Source: Dimorphilus gyrociliatus (lineage: Eukaryota > Animalia > Annelida). From it: DNA of 64,000 nucleotides. A program made the position numbers and the translations under genes. The stretch is taken from positions 1,572,422 through 1,636,421 of the forward strand of contig CAJFCJ010000002.1 of assembly GCA_904063045.1 (NCBI GenBank). The letters run 5' to 3'. Within the stretch, counting starts at the first letter, position 1; each line of letters begins with the position of its first letter. This document shows, one piece after another, positions 39,001-50,351 of this stretch. The notes below the pieces were generated by a model that was not told the origin of the DNA, ran no database searches, and saw only the letters and a program-made list of their open reading frames with translations.

Positions 39001-40270
39001 AACCATAAAAAAAAATTTCCTATTAAATATTCTTGAAACGTATAATTAAATATTAATTTAAATCCGGTTTTTTATTAAATTTTTTTTCAATAATAATTTC
39101 GTATTCTATTTATAATTGAATCTGTCAATGTTTAAATGAGTGTTACTGCCATTCTTAATAATAAAATTACTGCATTAGACTAAATTTTGTTGAATAAATC
39201 ATTAATCTCATTTTATATAATTTAAAATAAGGATGGATAAATAAATTTTGATCGTTAGCAGGAAGATAAATTATTACGTTAATGTTTGATAACTTTCAAA
39301 ATAAATAAAGGCGTTTACTGCTCTTTAACCATTAGCCATTATTCAGTAAAGTTAATGGCAACCTTTATACTAAAAGTTAGTTCCTGGATCAAATATACAA
39401 GATATCTTTACTGAACAAATGCCTTTAGAATTCGAATGAGAGGCAGATGTGTGCATTTAAAATTCTTATTGTTTGAAGAGATAGCCCGGTATTATGTTTA
39501 CTTACGACGTCTAAATTGTCAAAAGTTTCATCTTCATTTTCATCTTCATCTTCTTCGTCATCTTCTTCACTAGTGTCTCCTAGATCTTTATCTTGACTTT
39601 TTGGAGGTGGCATTGGACCTTTTTAGACAAAATGAATGGTTGTTTATTAGAAAATTTATCGAGGAATAAAGTAGACATTTTTTTTACCAATAACATCATC
39701 ATCATCATCGCTATTTTCTTCGTCGTCATCATCACCGTATGCTTTACTTGAACTAGGTAAATCTAATAAAAAATATGTTTAGTTCATGAACTTTAATGGA
39801 ATTTCAGTAATTCCACTAACCCAAATTCCGCTTTAATAGTTCTTTATCTTTTGAATCCTCGCCAGGTACTTTGTTCGAAGTGACATCATCATCTCTATTT
39901 GCTAATAAAGATAGATAAAGATGACTGTTTTGTTCTGATAAAGAGATATAATGATTTTTACCTAGTACACTAGCCCCTCTCTCTATTGCTAATTTTCGTG
40001 CCTTTTCAAACATTTCATTAAAATCAAATGTTCGAGCTTTTTCTGAAGAAAATATAGAAATGTTATATCTAGAAAGAAATTATTCTATTATCGCTCAACA
40101 AATCAATTAAAAACTGTAGTTTAGATAAATAAAGTGGAGATTTTAGATGGATCGTATCTAAATGATTCCATAAAAATACTCTAGTAGAAAGTGATTGCGA
40201 AAAATTGAACGTAGATCATTTAAAATGTAAACAACGTTTTAAATTCGTTCTTACTCTGTTTATCCGCCAT
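36065..40270 (-). CDS. WDR70: WD repeat protein 70
   Basis: Exons 40270-40255, 40042-39962, 39901-39821, 39762-39688, 39618-39506, 37723-37430, 37365-37057, 36997-36207, 36140-36065. Hallmarks: KKARTFD, PCECHQIKSLQY, KGDQYIVD, RGGDDTVKLWDIR, DPVKSHRPDLPVNGPGSGGR, AILRHAEEAEKNPFWVTPAY. Confidence 0.95.
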
Positions 40271-40429
40271 CTTTCGGTCAGCAACAATCAGCAATACTCA
40301 GCTGTGCAGCGCCTGTCAGCGATCCAAGATGGTGGCCAAAGAAGTTAATTTGTAAACATGCATATATCGTACAGAATTCTCCGTGACTGCGAAGGGCTTC
40401 TGAAAAAATTTACTTTTTAACAAAGTGTA
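40271..40429. promoter_or_regulatory. Bidirectional promoter between WDR70 and NUDT3
   Basis: Only 159 nt separate the two divergent ATGs; outward-facing AAGATGG(C/T)GG motifs and a phased CAGC array. Confidence 0.65.
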
Positions 40430-40923
40430 ATGGTGAAGGAGAAACCTAATTCTGTAAGGTGTTACGACAAAGATGGTTTTCGTCAAAGAGCAGCTTGTCT
40501 TTGCTTTAAAAATGCGCAAGAAAGCGAGGTAAATTGGCTTGATGTGTTTATATTAATTATGTATAAATATGTTTTTGATTTCTCCAGCTGCTCCTTGTAA
40601 GCGGTAGTCGTCGTCCAGACATGTGGGTCGTTCCTGGAGGAGGTTTAGAACCTGCAGAAGCTGCATATCAAGCTGCTCGAAGAGAGGTGATGGAGGAAGC
40701 CGGTGCTAGAGGACGAATAGATCGCTCTCTAGGAATATTTGAAAATGTTGATAAGAAAACAAGGACAGTTGTTTACGTCATGCACGTTAGTGAGTTGATT
40801 GAAGACTGGGCGGACAGGGTTGAACTGGGGAGGCGAAGACAGTGGTTCAGCCTTAGCGAGGCACGTAAACATCTTGCAAAACACAAACCTGTGCAATGTT
40901 CCTACGTCGATCTTCTACCTTGA
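40430..40923 (+). CDS. NUDT3: Diphosphoinositol polyphosphate phosphohydrolase (DIPP; NUDT3/4/10/11 family)
   Basis: Exons 40430-40528 and 40588-40923. MVKEKPNSVRCYDKDGFRQRAACLCF, Nudix box GGLEPAEAAYQAARREVMEEAG, and HKPVQ. Confidence 0.92.
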
Positions 40924-41135
40924 TTCCTTTCGTCTTAACTTGAGCGATATGAGGATTGTAGCATAATATTTGTTCTTCAAAACGATATTTATTTTTGGTA
41001 AAGTCTTTCATTAATTAACGCATAATTATCCGAATGAATGTGATTGTGTATTTTATAAAAAAAAGGAAAAAAAAAAAAAACGACTCGATAATTAGTTATA
41101 TTATGTGCAATCAAAAATTGTGCGAAATTTTAATG

Positions 41136-42509
41136 CTAAATATTTCTTCCGACAATCTTTACCGGTTCTAAAACAGATTCAACAACAGGTTTTATCAATA
41201 TAAACTCTAAGTGTTCCATTTCCACCAGATGAGGTCTTAGAAAACCAACTTCACATTCGAGGGTTGCCGACGAACTGCTAGACGAAGAAGATGAAGAACT
41301 TGAGGAGGATGACGAGGAAGATGATTGAGAGTCCGAAGGTGTAGACATTTTCCTTAGAGGCAGATCTTCAGACGTAAATTGAAACCTTTCTATGGGTTCA
41401 TCATCCGCTGATAACTCTGTAATTTTTTCATCAGTTTCTTTTGAAGAAGAAGTCGATATTTTGTCAATAGAACAATAATTTGAATCTTGATCATCCTGTG
41501 GAGCGAAATGATCCCAAATTTTTGATGTGCTTTCAATAGCCTCTTTTTCTGATTCATAAGGGATTCTGCAATTATCTGCTAGAGGATTTGTGACTTGATC
41601 TTCTACAACTGTGTAGATGATAACATGGTTATTTATCGTCTCTTCCACGGAGAAGGGAGTAAAGTCATCTTTTTCATCCATTTTGCACATTATGGCGACG
41701 TGGCGCCTGTCTAATCCACTTTTACGAATACTTCTACGCAATTCCGTCTGAACACTGAAATCTGCAGTTGCTGTATCGGTGGCACAGTCAGCCACCTCGA
41801 TATTTTGTGAACCAACCGGTATAACAGCTATTGCATGATACACGTGATCATCAGATTTCTCTATTGTTGTTACTCCTGTAGTTGAGTGGTTCTGTACTTT
41901 ATCTTTAGACTTTGGAGCTTCATCTTCTGAAGATGAAGAGCTAGAAGAATCTGATCTTGATCTCTCCCTTTCTTCGATAGTAATCTGCTTTGGTGGAGGA
42001 ATCATCTCAATTTCAATAGTTTCTTCTTTCTTTTCAATTTCTACTTTCTCAACTGTCCTTATAGGGGTAGCAACAGCCACCACAGATATGCTAGTCTTAG
42101 AAGATGACCTAGAAATATTTTTGACTTCTTTTTTCTCTTCTTTTTTCGTTCCTTTTTTTTCCGGTTCATCTTTTTTCTCTTTTTTCTTACTTTCAATGCT
42201 GTTTCCACTTCTAGCTTCGTTACCCACACTCTGACTTGTTTGCATCTCTTCTAAAGGTACGACTGCTGTGTTTAGATCACCCATTGTGTTGTATCTCTTA
42301 AGTTCACTGTATTCCGCATTGGTATTATTTAGTTCCAAAGTCGACAGCCATGTTGATAATTCTCTGTCAATTGTATCCCCATCAGCTTGAACACCTAATT
42401 CATCCCAACTTTTTTTCCCCTTTCTCTTCTTTTTCGAATGTTGTTTACTCAACTTCTTATCGTTATCTTTCACCTTTTCTGACGACTTTTTACTATTTTT
42501 ATTGCCCAT
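41136..42509 (-). CDS. Single-exon low-complexity protein of unknown function with MGxxxSK N-terminus
   Basis: Uninterrupted ORF of about 457 codons from ATG 42509 (MGNKNSKKSSEK...), far too long for chance in AT-rich DNA. Lys/Glu-rich and poly-Ser tracts; no recognisable folded domain. An in-frame TTG lies 12 codons upstream. Confidence 0.75.
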   Translation of the reverse strand: MGNKNSKKSSEKVKDNDKKLSKQHSKKKRKGKKSWDELGVQADGDTIDRELSTWLSTLELNNTNAEYSELKRYNTMGDLNTAVVPLEEMQTSQSVGNEARSGNSIESKKKEKKDEPEKKGTKKEEKKEVKNISRSSSKTSISVVAVATPIRTVEKVEIEKKEETIEIEMIPPPKQITIEERERSRSDSSSSSSSEDEAPKSKDKVQNHSTTGVTTIEKSDDHVYHAIAVIPVGSQNIEVADCATDTATADFSVQTELRRSIRKSGLDRRHVAIMCKMDEKDDFTPFSVEETINNHVIIYTVVEDQVTNPLADNCRIPYESEKEAIESTSKIWDHFAPQDDQDSNYCSIDKISTSSSKETDEKITELSADDEPIERFQFTSEDLPLRKMSTPSDSQSSSSSSSSSSSSSSSSSSSATLECEVGFLRPHLVEMEHLEFILIKPVVESVLEPVKIVGRNI

Positions 42510-44002
42510 GCTCAACAGAGAGAGCGATTCAAAGTGACTGAGCAACTAAGTTTGTAATGCATTTATAACTTTCTTATCAGTTGACGTGTATTAGTAATAT
42601 TTGTTAGTTCGCATACCTTTCACATCAAACACGTCACCTATTCATCTATTTAAACATTGAATGTCAATAGATAACGCAATACGTACAAACGCACAGATTG
42701 GTGCTTGTTAATAAAAATTACAAAGAAATGATGGATAACCGGAAGTAGGTCTTTGTCAGTACTTTTAGCGGATGCACATTGACTCCTCAAATTGCTAATA
42801 GGAATATGATTTTGATTGAACTATAACTAAGTGTTAATTATTGAATAAAGAGGAATAAAGACACGTATGATAAAACCCCCTTCCTTTAGAAGAAAAGAGC
42901 GAAAATTATACTAATTATCTAGTGCAAATTTGATAAAAAGTAGTAGATATTTCATTAGAATTTATATCTTTTACTATATTTTCTCATTTTGTTTTAATTA
43001 ACAATCCAAAAGATCTAAAACAAAAAAAAACAATCGAATATGGAACAATGGTTTTTTTATTCAAAACAATAAAAACAATAAAATATTGATTACATTAGAA
43101 TAAAACTGTCCCTCTATAAAATAACGTTTTTTCTGTTTATCTTCGAATAAATAGACAGAAAGAATATTATCAAAAAGCAATAATTTTTAAAGAAAACTAC
43201 AAAAAAAAATCAATCGTCAAAGCACTAGAAACTACTCAAAATAATTGACAATGATTTTATCGATAAAAAAATAAAAAAAAGGAATAAAAACTGGTAAAAA
43301 AAAATAAATTATCCCAGTTTAATCTCCATAAAAATCAAATATTTAAGAATTAATACTTTGAGCTTAACGTTTCTTGTTTAAATTGTCCAATTACTGATGG
43401 AACGAGACAAGCAGTTGCCAAGTGTTGTGCAAGTGGGGTAGCTTTTTTTCTTTTACTAGCTCTCTCCCTCTCTCTGTCTGTCTCTCTTTCATTCCTAATC
43501 TTTCATTTTTCTCACTCTTTTATCCTCCCTTCCATTCCCCATTACAAGTAAGTAATAAATGTATAAATTATCTTTCGTATGTAAATTTTATACTTAAATT
43601 TTAATGCAAAATTAAGACCATTTTAAGATCTTTAATCTTTAGATAATTTAGCAAAAGTATTATTAATCCTTGATGGAAACGGATGTATTCTTTCTATTAT
43701 ATTCTTATTTAGCATCACTTAAACGGTAGATGGAGTTGTTAAAAATTATTTAATTATTTTATGATAATATTACAGGAAAGAAGGGAGTTTTTTTTTGCAT
43801 CATTTCCACACTGTTCTTTCGTTCCGTTAAACCTTATTATATTCTAGATTCTTTCTTTCTTTTGCTTTTTTTTTAAGGTTATGAGAAACTTTAGAATTTT
43901 TTGCTAATCTAATACCTAAATGCATAAAAAAAGAGAGAAAAAAGGTGGTACTTGTTAGTCTTTTTTTCCCTTTATTTATTCTGCTATTATATTACATTAC
44001 AG

Positions 44003-44054
44003 GTTCAAAATGTCAGACGAAAAAAATTTTCAAGATTGATAATCGACTTGAAAG
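44003..44054 (+). other. Upstream 52-nt exon, probably belonging to EFCAB1
   Basis: ttacattacag|...AAAG|gtaagt; contains ATG at 44010 with a short ORF MSDEKNFQD*. Confidence 0.5.
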
Positions 44055-44268
44055 GTAAGTAAAGCATTTTATTTCTCTCTTTTTTCTTCGATATTAGCAC
44101 AAGAACTTTGGAAATATTTTCAATGTTTTACTCTCTTTTTATAATATTTGAGAAGGGTTTGGTTCTCTATTCTATCCTTTTTCTACTAGTTTCATAATCC
44201 TTGTTTGGCAAGTATACAAAATATATACATATCTACTTATAGTATAAGTAGGGGGAATTGAGAGGTAG

Positions 44269-44365
44269 GTAGATAGCTAGATAGATAGATAGATAGATGA
44301 CGTAAATTGTCTTTCTCTTTCTCTCTCTCTCTCTCTCTCTCGCTCTCTCGCTCTCGCTCTCTCTC
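44269..44365. repeat. (GATA)n followed by (CT)n/(CTCG)n microsatellites
   Basis: Direct reading. Confidence 0.85.
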
Positions 44366-45219
44366 GCCTGCATATATACTATTTGTACATATGATAAACG
44401 ATATGGAAAGAAAGTGGCAAGATGAAGAAAATGGGTTGTAGTTTTATTATATTTCTCTTTTCTGTTTTACAATTTATTTAGTTAAAATAGGTCACAAAGA
44501 TTTTTACTTTTAAATTTTTAAGTCGACGAATTCTCATGAAGGTTCTTTCACATACTTAGGGAAATCACCTACTCTTAGGCGACTCTTTCTCTGGCCTAAG
44601 TTAATTAAGCTAGAAGAAAGGGGTTGTTCTATTCGATAATATTATCTATTTCTCTTTTAATATCTGATTGTATTGAGTTTGCTGTTTATTTATATAATTA
44701 TCATATAATCTCAGAGATCTATCACCTTTCTATATAAAACACACATTGTGGTATAAAGTGTATGAGAACCAACCAGATGACTCTACTGCATTTAGAAAGC
44801 GCCCTCTATCACTGAGGCTTGTACTGATCAATCTTCTTGTGTTAATGAAACCGTCAGATAGTGTTATATTGCAGCGCTGTTTACGCTCAGTCTTTTTCTT
44901 CGAGTGGACCGCGATATTCGACGCTTTTTTTGCGCATTGGCAGATTTTAACAGAAGGCTATTCAGGTAACAAGATTAACGCTGATATTAATCAATATTTT
45001 CAGGGAAAAAAAGCAGGCAATGTAAAATCAATTTTTTTAGAGTGCCTTTTATTTGAAAACGGCGTCTGATTTTCGACGCTTTCCACTCGTCTGTACCGTT
45101 GGCCTGAATCTTTGACTCAAACCTTATGAGGTGAGCAAAGTTTCAGGTTATTGGTATGAGGCGTCTAATCTTCGAGCCACGCCATCTATCAGTTTTGTCA
45201 TAAGTATTACAGGTGGAGT

Positions 45220-45233
45220 GTTGTCATAGCTAC
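45220..45233 (+). promoter_or_regulatory. X-box-like motif 30 nt upstream of the EFCAB1 start codon
   Basis: GTTGTCATAGCTAC, one mismatch to GTHNYYATRRNAAC. RFX control of ciliary genes is established. Confidence 0.4.
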
Positions 45234-45262
45234 AGCAAACATAACAAAATTAAATCTCGAAA

Positions 45263-47417
45263 ATGTCGGATTTTACGCAGAATATGAGAAATGCAAGTCA
45301 AGAGAAAGATCTAATCGAAAGCTTGGTTTCCAGAACTCATTGTACGTTATTCTAATTAATTTAATCACTAAACGTATTACCACAATAGGTTGTATAATGA
45401 AAATTTCTTATCAGTTAAAAAGCCGGAGATAGAAGCCTTAATTAAGCATTATAAACGCCTCGTTACATGTGCAAGTTACACGTCCACAAATAGGAGGGGA
45501 CTAATGGACAGAACGATCTTTAGAGACTTTCTCTTACAACAGTTCCAAATGACGGACGATATTTTTATGGATAGAGGTAAACATTAATTTTCTCTAATTA
45601 AATACTAACATCGAATTGTAACATTTCCTATAATACTGTATTATTTCCTTTCCCAATGAGTAATCTACCCAATTTTAAGAATCAAGTATTCAATCATAAA
45701 TTGTTACATATTATAAGTATCAAAGCTCGTATATAATTTGCATTAGAAAGCTAATACAATCTCAATGTCAAAAGAGAAATTATGTCTTTATGTATACGAA
45801 CAAGAGAGACAGACAGAGAGAGAGAGAGAGAGAGAGGAAAAGTCTACAAACACTTGTCTGACATAAATATCAGTTATATATATATATATATATATATGCA
45901 TATTTATTAAAATCAGCATATGCCTTACATAAAAATGTGATTTATTAATATTAAAATGATTTATGAATGTTATAAAGTCTGAATAATATTTAACATTTAT
46001 TATGTAATAGTAAATTAATTGAAAAATATTGTAAATATCATTCATTCTTCCCTAATTATCAGATTTTTACCAACATTTACATCAAGTAAATCATCACAGT
46101 CGATTTACTCTTAAGTAATGTCAGTGAGTTTGTTGTAAAAATAAGTAAAAAATTAGGTCAATCTGTAATTGCCTAGAGATCTTAATTGATGGTTTGCTTG
46201 CATCAGCTAGTCATTAAAACATCTATAAATCATCCTTTTTTTTGCTATTCTATTATCCAAAATTCTGTATGAGCGGATTCCATTTCTGATAAATGCCTCA
46301 TTAATATGCAGAAGGCATACAATTTGCAATACAAGCCCGTTTACTTAGCCGTAGTGCAACATATACACATTAATGCTCAGTTTGATATATTCATCGATAA
46401 TAGTGTACCAAAATAGTTAGAATAAATGTTAGAAAGTTACTTTTCCTAAAAGAAACATCTTTGTCATCAATTCCATCGTTTCCTCTCCTTTTCCTACATA
46501 GTGTATTTATTATACTGTATATAAAACTCTCTTTACTATATTTACTGTTTATAGTTTATACTATAAACTCAACTTTAATAAATAGTATATAAGCAGCTGT
46601 TGCTTTATCATAATCAATTTCAAGGAAACTAATAAAACTACCGATCGCTTTCTTAACCACTTGGGAAAGTTACATTACGAAAAATATTAATCAAATGTCC
46701 AATCTTTGATAGAATAATTTTTTTTTCTTTTCTCTTCTCTCTCTCTCTCTCTCTCTCTCTCCGTCTGTCTTTCTTTCTTTTCTTTTCTTTTGCATAAAAA
46801 AAAATATAAACTACTTTGTTTCTTTAAACGCTTTTTTCTCTTTTATCTTTTCACAGTTTTTAGAGCTTTTGATACGGATAACAACAGTTACGTAAGTGAG
46901 GAAGAATGGGTTACTGGAATGTCTGTCTTCCTACGCGGCACGGTTCAAGAGAGAGTGAAATGTAAGTTGAACTTGGACTTAATTAAAGGCTTCACTTTGA
47001 CGTTTATTTAATTAATATCTGTGTTTTTTTAATTAAATAGTTTGCTTTACTGTTTACGATCTAAATCAAGACGGTTACATCAGTAGGGAAGAAATGTTTC
47101 ATGTATTAAAAAACAGCCTATTGAAGGTCAGTGCCATCTGCATTGCGGTATTTTGATTACAATTTATGGGATTTTTACAGCAAGCCAGCGACGAAGATCC
47201 CGACGAAGGAATTAAAGAACTTGTAGATATTGCTTTAAAGGCTCTCGATCAAGATCACGACAATAGAATATCTTTTCTGGATTTCGAAAATTCTAACAAG
47301 AAAGATAAATATACACTTGTGATGGAATTGTTGGGTCCGTGTCTACCACAAGATTGCCTGCGTGATGCTTATGAAGCCACTTACTGCGCTCCAGCTAATA
47401 AACAACCTTTTGCTTGA
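45263..47417 (+). CDS. EFCAB1: EF-hand calcium-binding domain protein 1 (calaxin)
   Basis: Exons 45263-45341, 45415-45576, 46857-46961, 47041-47126, 47181-47417. Contains [71 protein letters not shown] and GPCLP. Confidence 0.93.
46736..46760. repeat. (CT)n microsatellite in EFCAB1 intron
   Basis: Direct reading. Confidence 0.9.
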
Positions 47418-47608
47418 TTTACTCTTCAAACACATTTTTTTCAATGGGAAATCTTCAACAAGTACGCTTTTCCAGTGTAATGTGATGATACCACATAATA
47501 AGAATATCTAAAATAAATTAGAGTGCTTTTGTGGTTATTCAAATAAAATACCTTTATATCATCGCCACATGATGCTAGTCATAGCCTTAAGAGTAATCTT
47601 TAATCTCG

Positions 47609-47610
<2 letters not shown>

Positions 47611-47650
<40 letters not shown>
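47611..47650. repeat. (TA)n microsatellite
   Basis: Direct reading. Confidence 0.9.
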
Positions 47651-47652
<2 letters not shown>

Positions 47653-48196
47653 TCTATATTAATCTACACTGAGACATAACAAAAAAAAAAAACTCGAGCA
47701 CACAGAAACTAGACGGCGTTCAAAGCTGGAAAATAGTACAAAATAGAGCCTTACAATAAATCCTTTGTAGAATTAAGTGATATTTATAACTTATTATTAT
47801 TCAAATAAAGAGTTAATAAATATATTCAATTTAAACTAACACTCATTAACATATTAGCCATTTAGAATAAAACATTAAAATATTTTTGTATATATTGCTT
47901 TATATAAATATTTTTTATTGAAATTATATTCATATTCTCTCTATATATATAGGATAGATAGGAATAAGGATAATTTTCATTTAAGTTATTCCACTCTTTA
48001 TTTCATTTTTTTTCCTGGCAAATATTTTTTTATTGTTATGTAGATTTTGGTTTTTTTGATGTTTTTGATCTATAAAAAGTAATCAGGTGAAAGAGAAGTT
48101 TTACTCTTTTCATCTATCGATCTGTGCTCTCTCTCACACACACACACACACTCTCTCTTTCTCCTTCCTTGCCTCTTTTCCACTCATTCCCTTCTT

Positions 48197-48198
<2 letters not shown>

Positions 48199-48238
<40 letters not shown>
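48199..48238. repeat. (CT)n microsatellite (with a nearby (CA)n run at about 48133-48150)
   Basis: Direct reading. Confidence 0.9.
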
Positions 48239-48241
<3 letters not shown>

Positions 48242-48884
48242 TTCCTTTTTTAAACATCTATTTATATATTCCATTTATGGAGAAGATTCTATAAATTTAT
48301 CCGTATAGTTTTTAGAATTGAAATTGAAAACGATAAGTAATTTGAGATTGTGTTTTTTTTTATGAAAGAAAAGAACCTATTAGAATTTTAATCAATTGAT
48401 TTCTCTCAAAATCTCGTATATCGCATATATAAAGAATCTTTAATTAAATAGACTGAATGCAAATATTCCTGCTTGCTACATCTCATTAAGCGCAATTTTT
48501 AGAGCATATTATTGTACTTACTATATATTTCTTTGTTTGGTTTTCTTTAAACCTTATTATAAATATAGCCTTTGAATGACCTCATTGAAATTAACTATTG
48601 AATTTTAAAAAAATCGTTAATATTCATAAAGAAATTCAATTATTTTCTATAATTTTGAGATTAAAATTAGATGTAGACTTTGTTGATATTAGAAAAATAT
48701 CAATCCAATAAAGTATCTAACGTTTTTACTTTTGTTATGCTTATCCTCTCTGTCTTTTCTCACATGCCTAATGTATAAAAATAAGGTTTATTACATAACA
48801 ATATAACATATTAAATATACAGTATATAAGATTATAAGTAGCAAGAACTACGTGCTTTTCTATGTAAAAGTCTAGCATATACAG

Positions 48885-48923
<39 letters not shown>

Positions 48924-49128
48924 GCATATGAAATAAGCCAGATATTTTGGTTCATATAGTGAAATTCATTGTCTTTCTTATTCCTCATCCTTTCTAGCTT
49001 TCCGATTTTCTTTTCATTTCTTCTCCCTCCAGCCTTCCTTTCTTTCTATTTTCGCTTGATATTATTTGCTATAATCAATCAGGGTCAGTAAGTGATTATT
49101 CCTTTAATAATACTCTTTAATTTATACA

Positions 49129-49162
<34 letters not shown>

Positions 49163-50351
49163 ATCGAAACTGTATTATTTTAATACTTTGCGTTACGAAG
49201 TGTACGTCAGCTTTAGTTTAATATTAAATAATTATCATTCAACGCTCACGAAATGGAGATATATCCTGTATATGCGACATCTGACATAGGTTTAAATGGT
49301 TACATAGGTAACAGCTTTAAATTTTGCGATCATTTAATTAACATGCGGTAAGCAGATTGCAAAATTATACTGTATTACACCTTTAATTTACAAATGGTTT
49401 ATAAAATAAACTATGTTTTCATTGAAAGACACAAACTACAATATATAAAGAAGACATCTTTGTTTTTTCATTTAGAAACTTCATATCTATATGTCAGTTT
49501 GTAAAGTAGTACAAACAGTCTCGTATTGTAGATATATTTTATTTAAATTTATATAGATAAGATTAAATTATTTAACCAATCGAAATAATAATTTATATTT
49601 TCTTTTTATATTCTTTGATGATGCATATCATTGTCATTTTCTTTCGTTTAATACTAAGTACAATAACATTTTTACGTAATATGTAAATTAAGTGTGTAAT
49701 AATTTAATACACTGTCTATATATAAATATATTGATAATCGTTTAAATGATTCATCATTTTTTTATACATTTATTTGTTAATTTCTTATGCATTAACATTC
49801 AAAACTGCCGCTCTTTCTACAGCTCTATCCATAACTATATAAACTGGTATTATAAGTAAAATATAAATTCGAAAAAATTAAATTCTTTTCATGTTATCTT
49901 AATTATTTACATATTTTGACATGCGTTAATCTATCATTTATCTCTATTTCATAATGAAAACTAGTTAATTCACTTTAAAAGATAATTGATAGCGGGATAT
50001 GTTTTGTTATATAGGCCTTTCGATAAAAATTTAAGTCAATTTATGTAGATGTCGCTGTATACATGAGAGTGACTGTTTTTCTCGACCTCTTCGAAAATAA
50101 AGGGTAAATCAAAACGTATTTGGATATATCCACATTTCTGAAGCGATTAAATGGCTTTAGGATATTCATGTAATGAAGTTTTATTGGTGTGAGTTGTATT
50201 TAAAAAGAGGTGACCGGGAAAATCAATGATTCTTCGTTCTTCAAATATTCAGAATGATTATTGCGAAACACGTGTTACGAAATTTAGATAAACTATTGTA
50301 AATTTCAGTATTTGTATTCTGATCAATTCAGTTGTCAGTAGGAAGCGGAGC

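Noticed and set aside
37724-39505. Unusually long (1.8 kb) WDR70 intron as host of a nested gene or element
   Set aside because: Very AT-rich, only short spurious ORFs, no terminal repeats or snoRNA boxes recognised.
48087-48308. ORFs with SLSLSL/THTHT/ERERE runs (also at 2680, 7513, 7530, 16460, 16547, 16560, 45788)
   Set aside because: Translation of (CT)n/(GA)n/(CA)n microsatellites.
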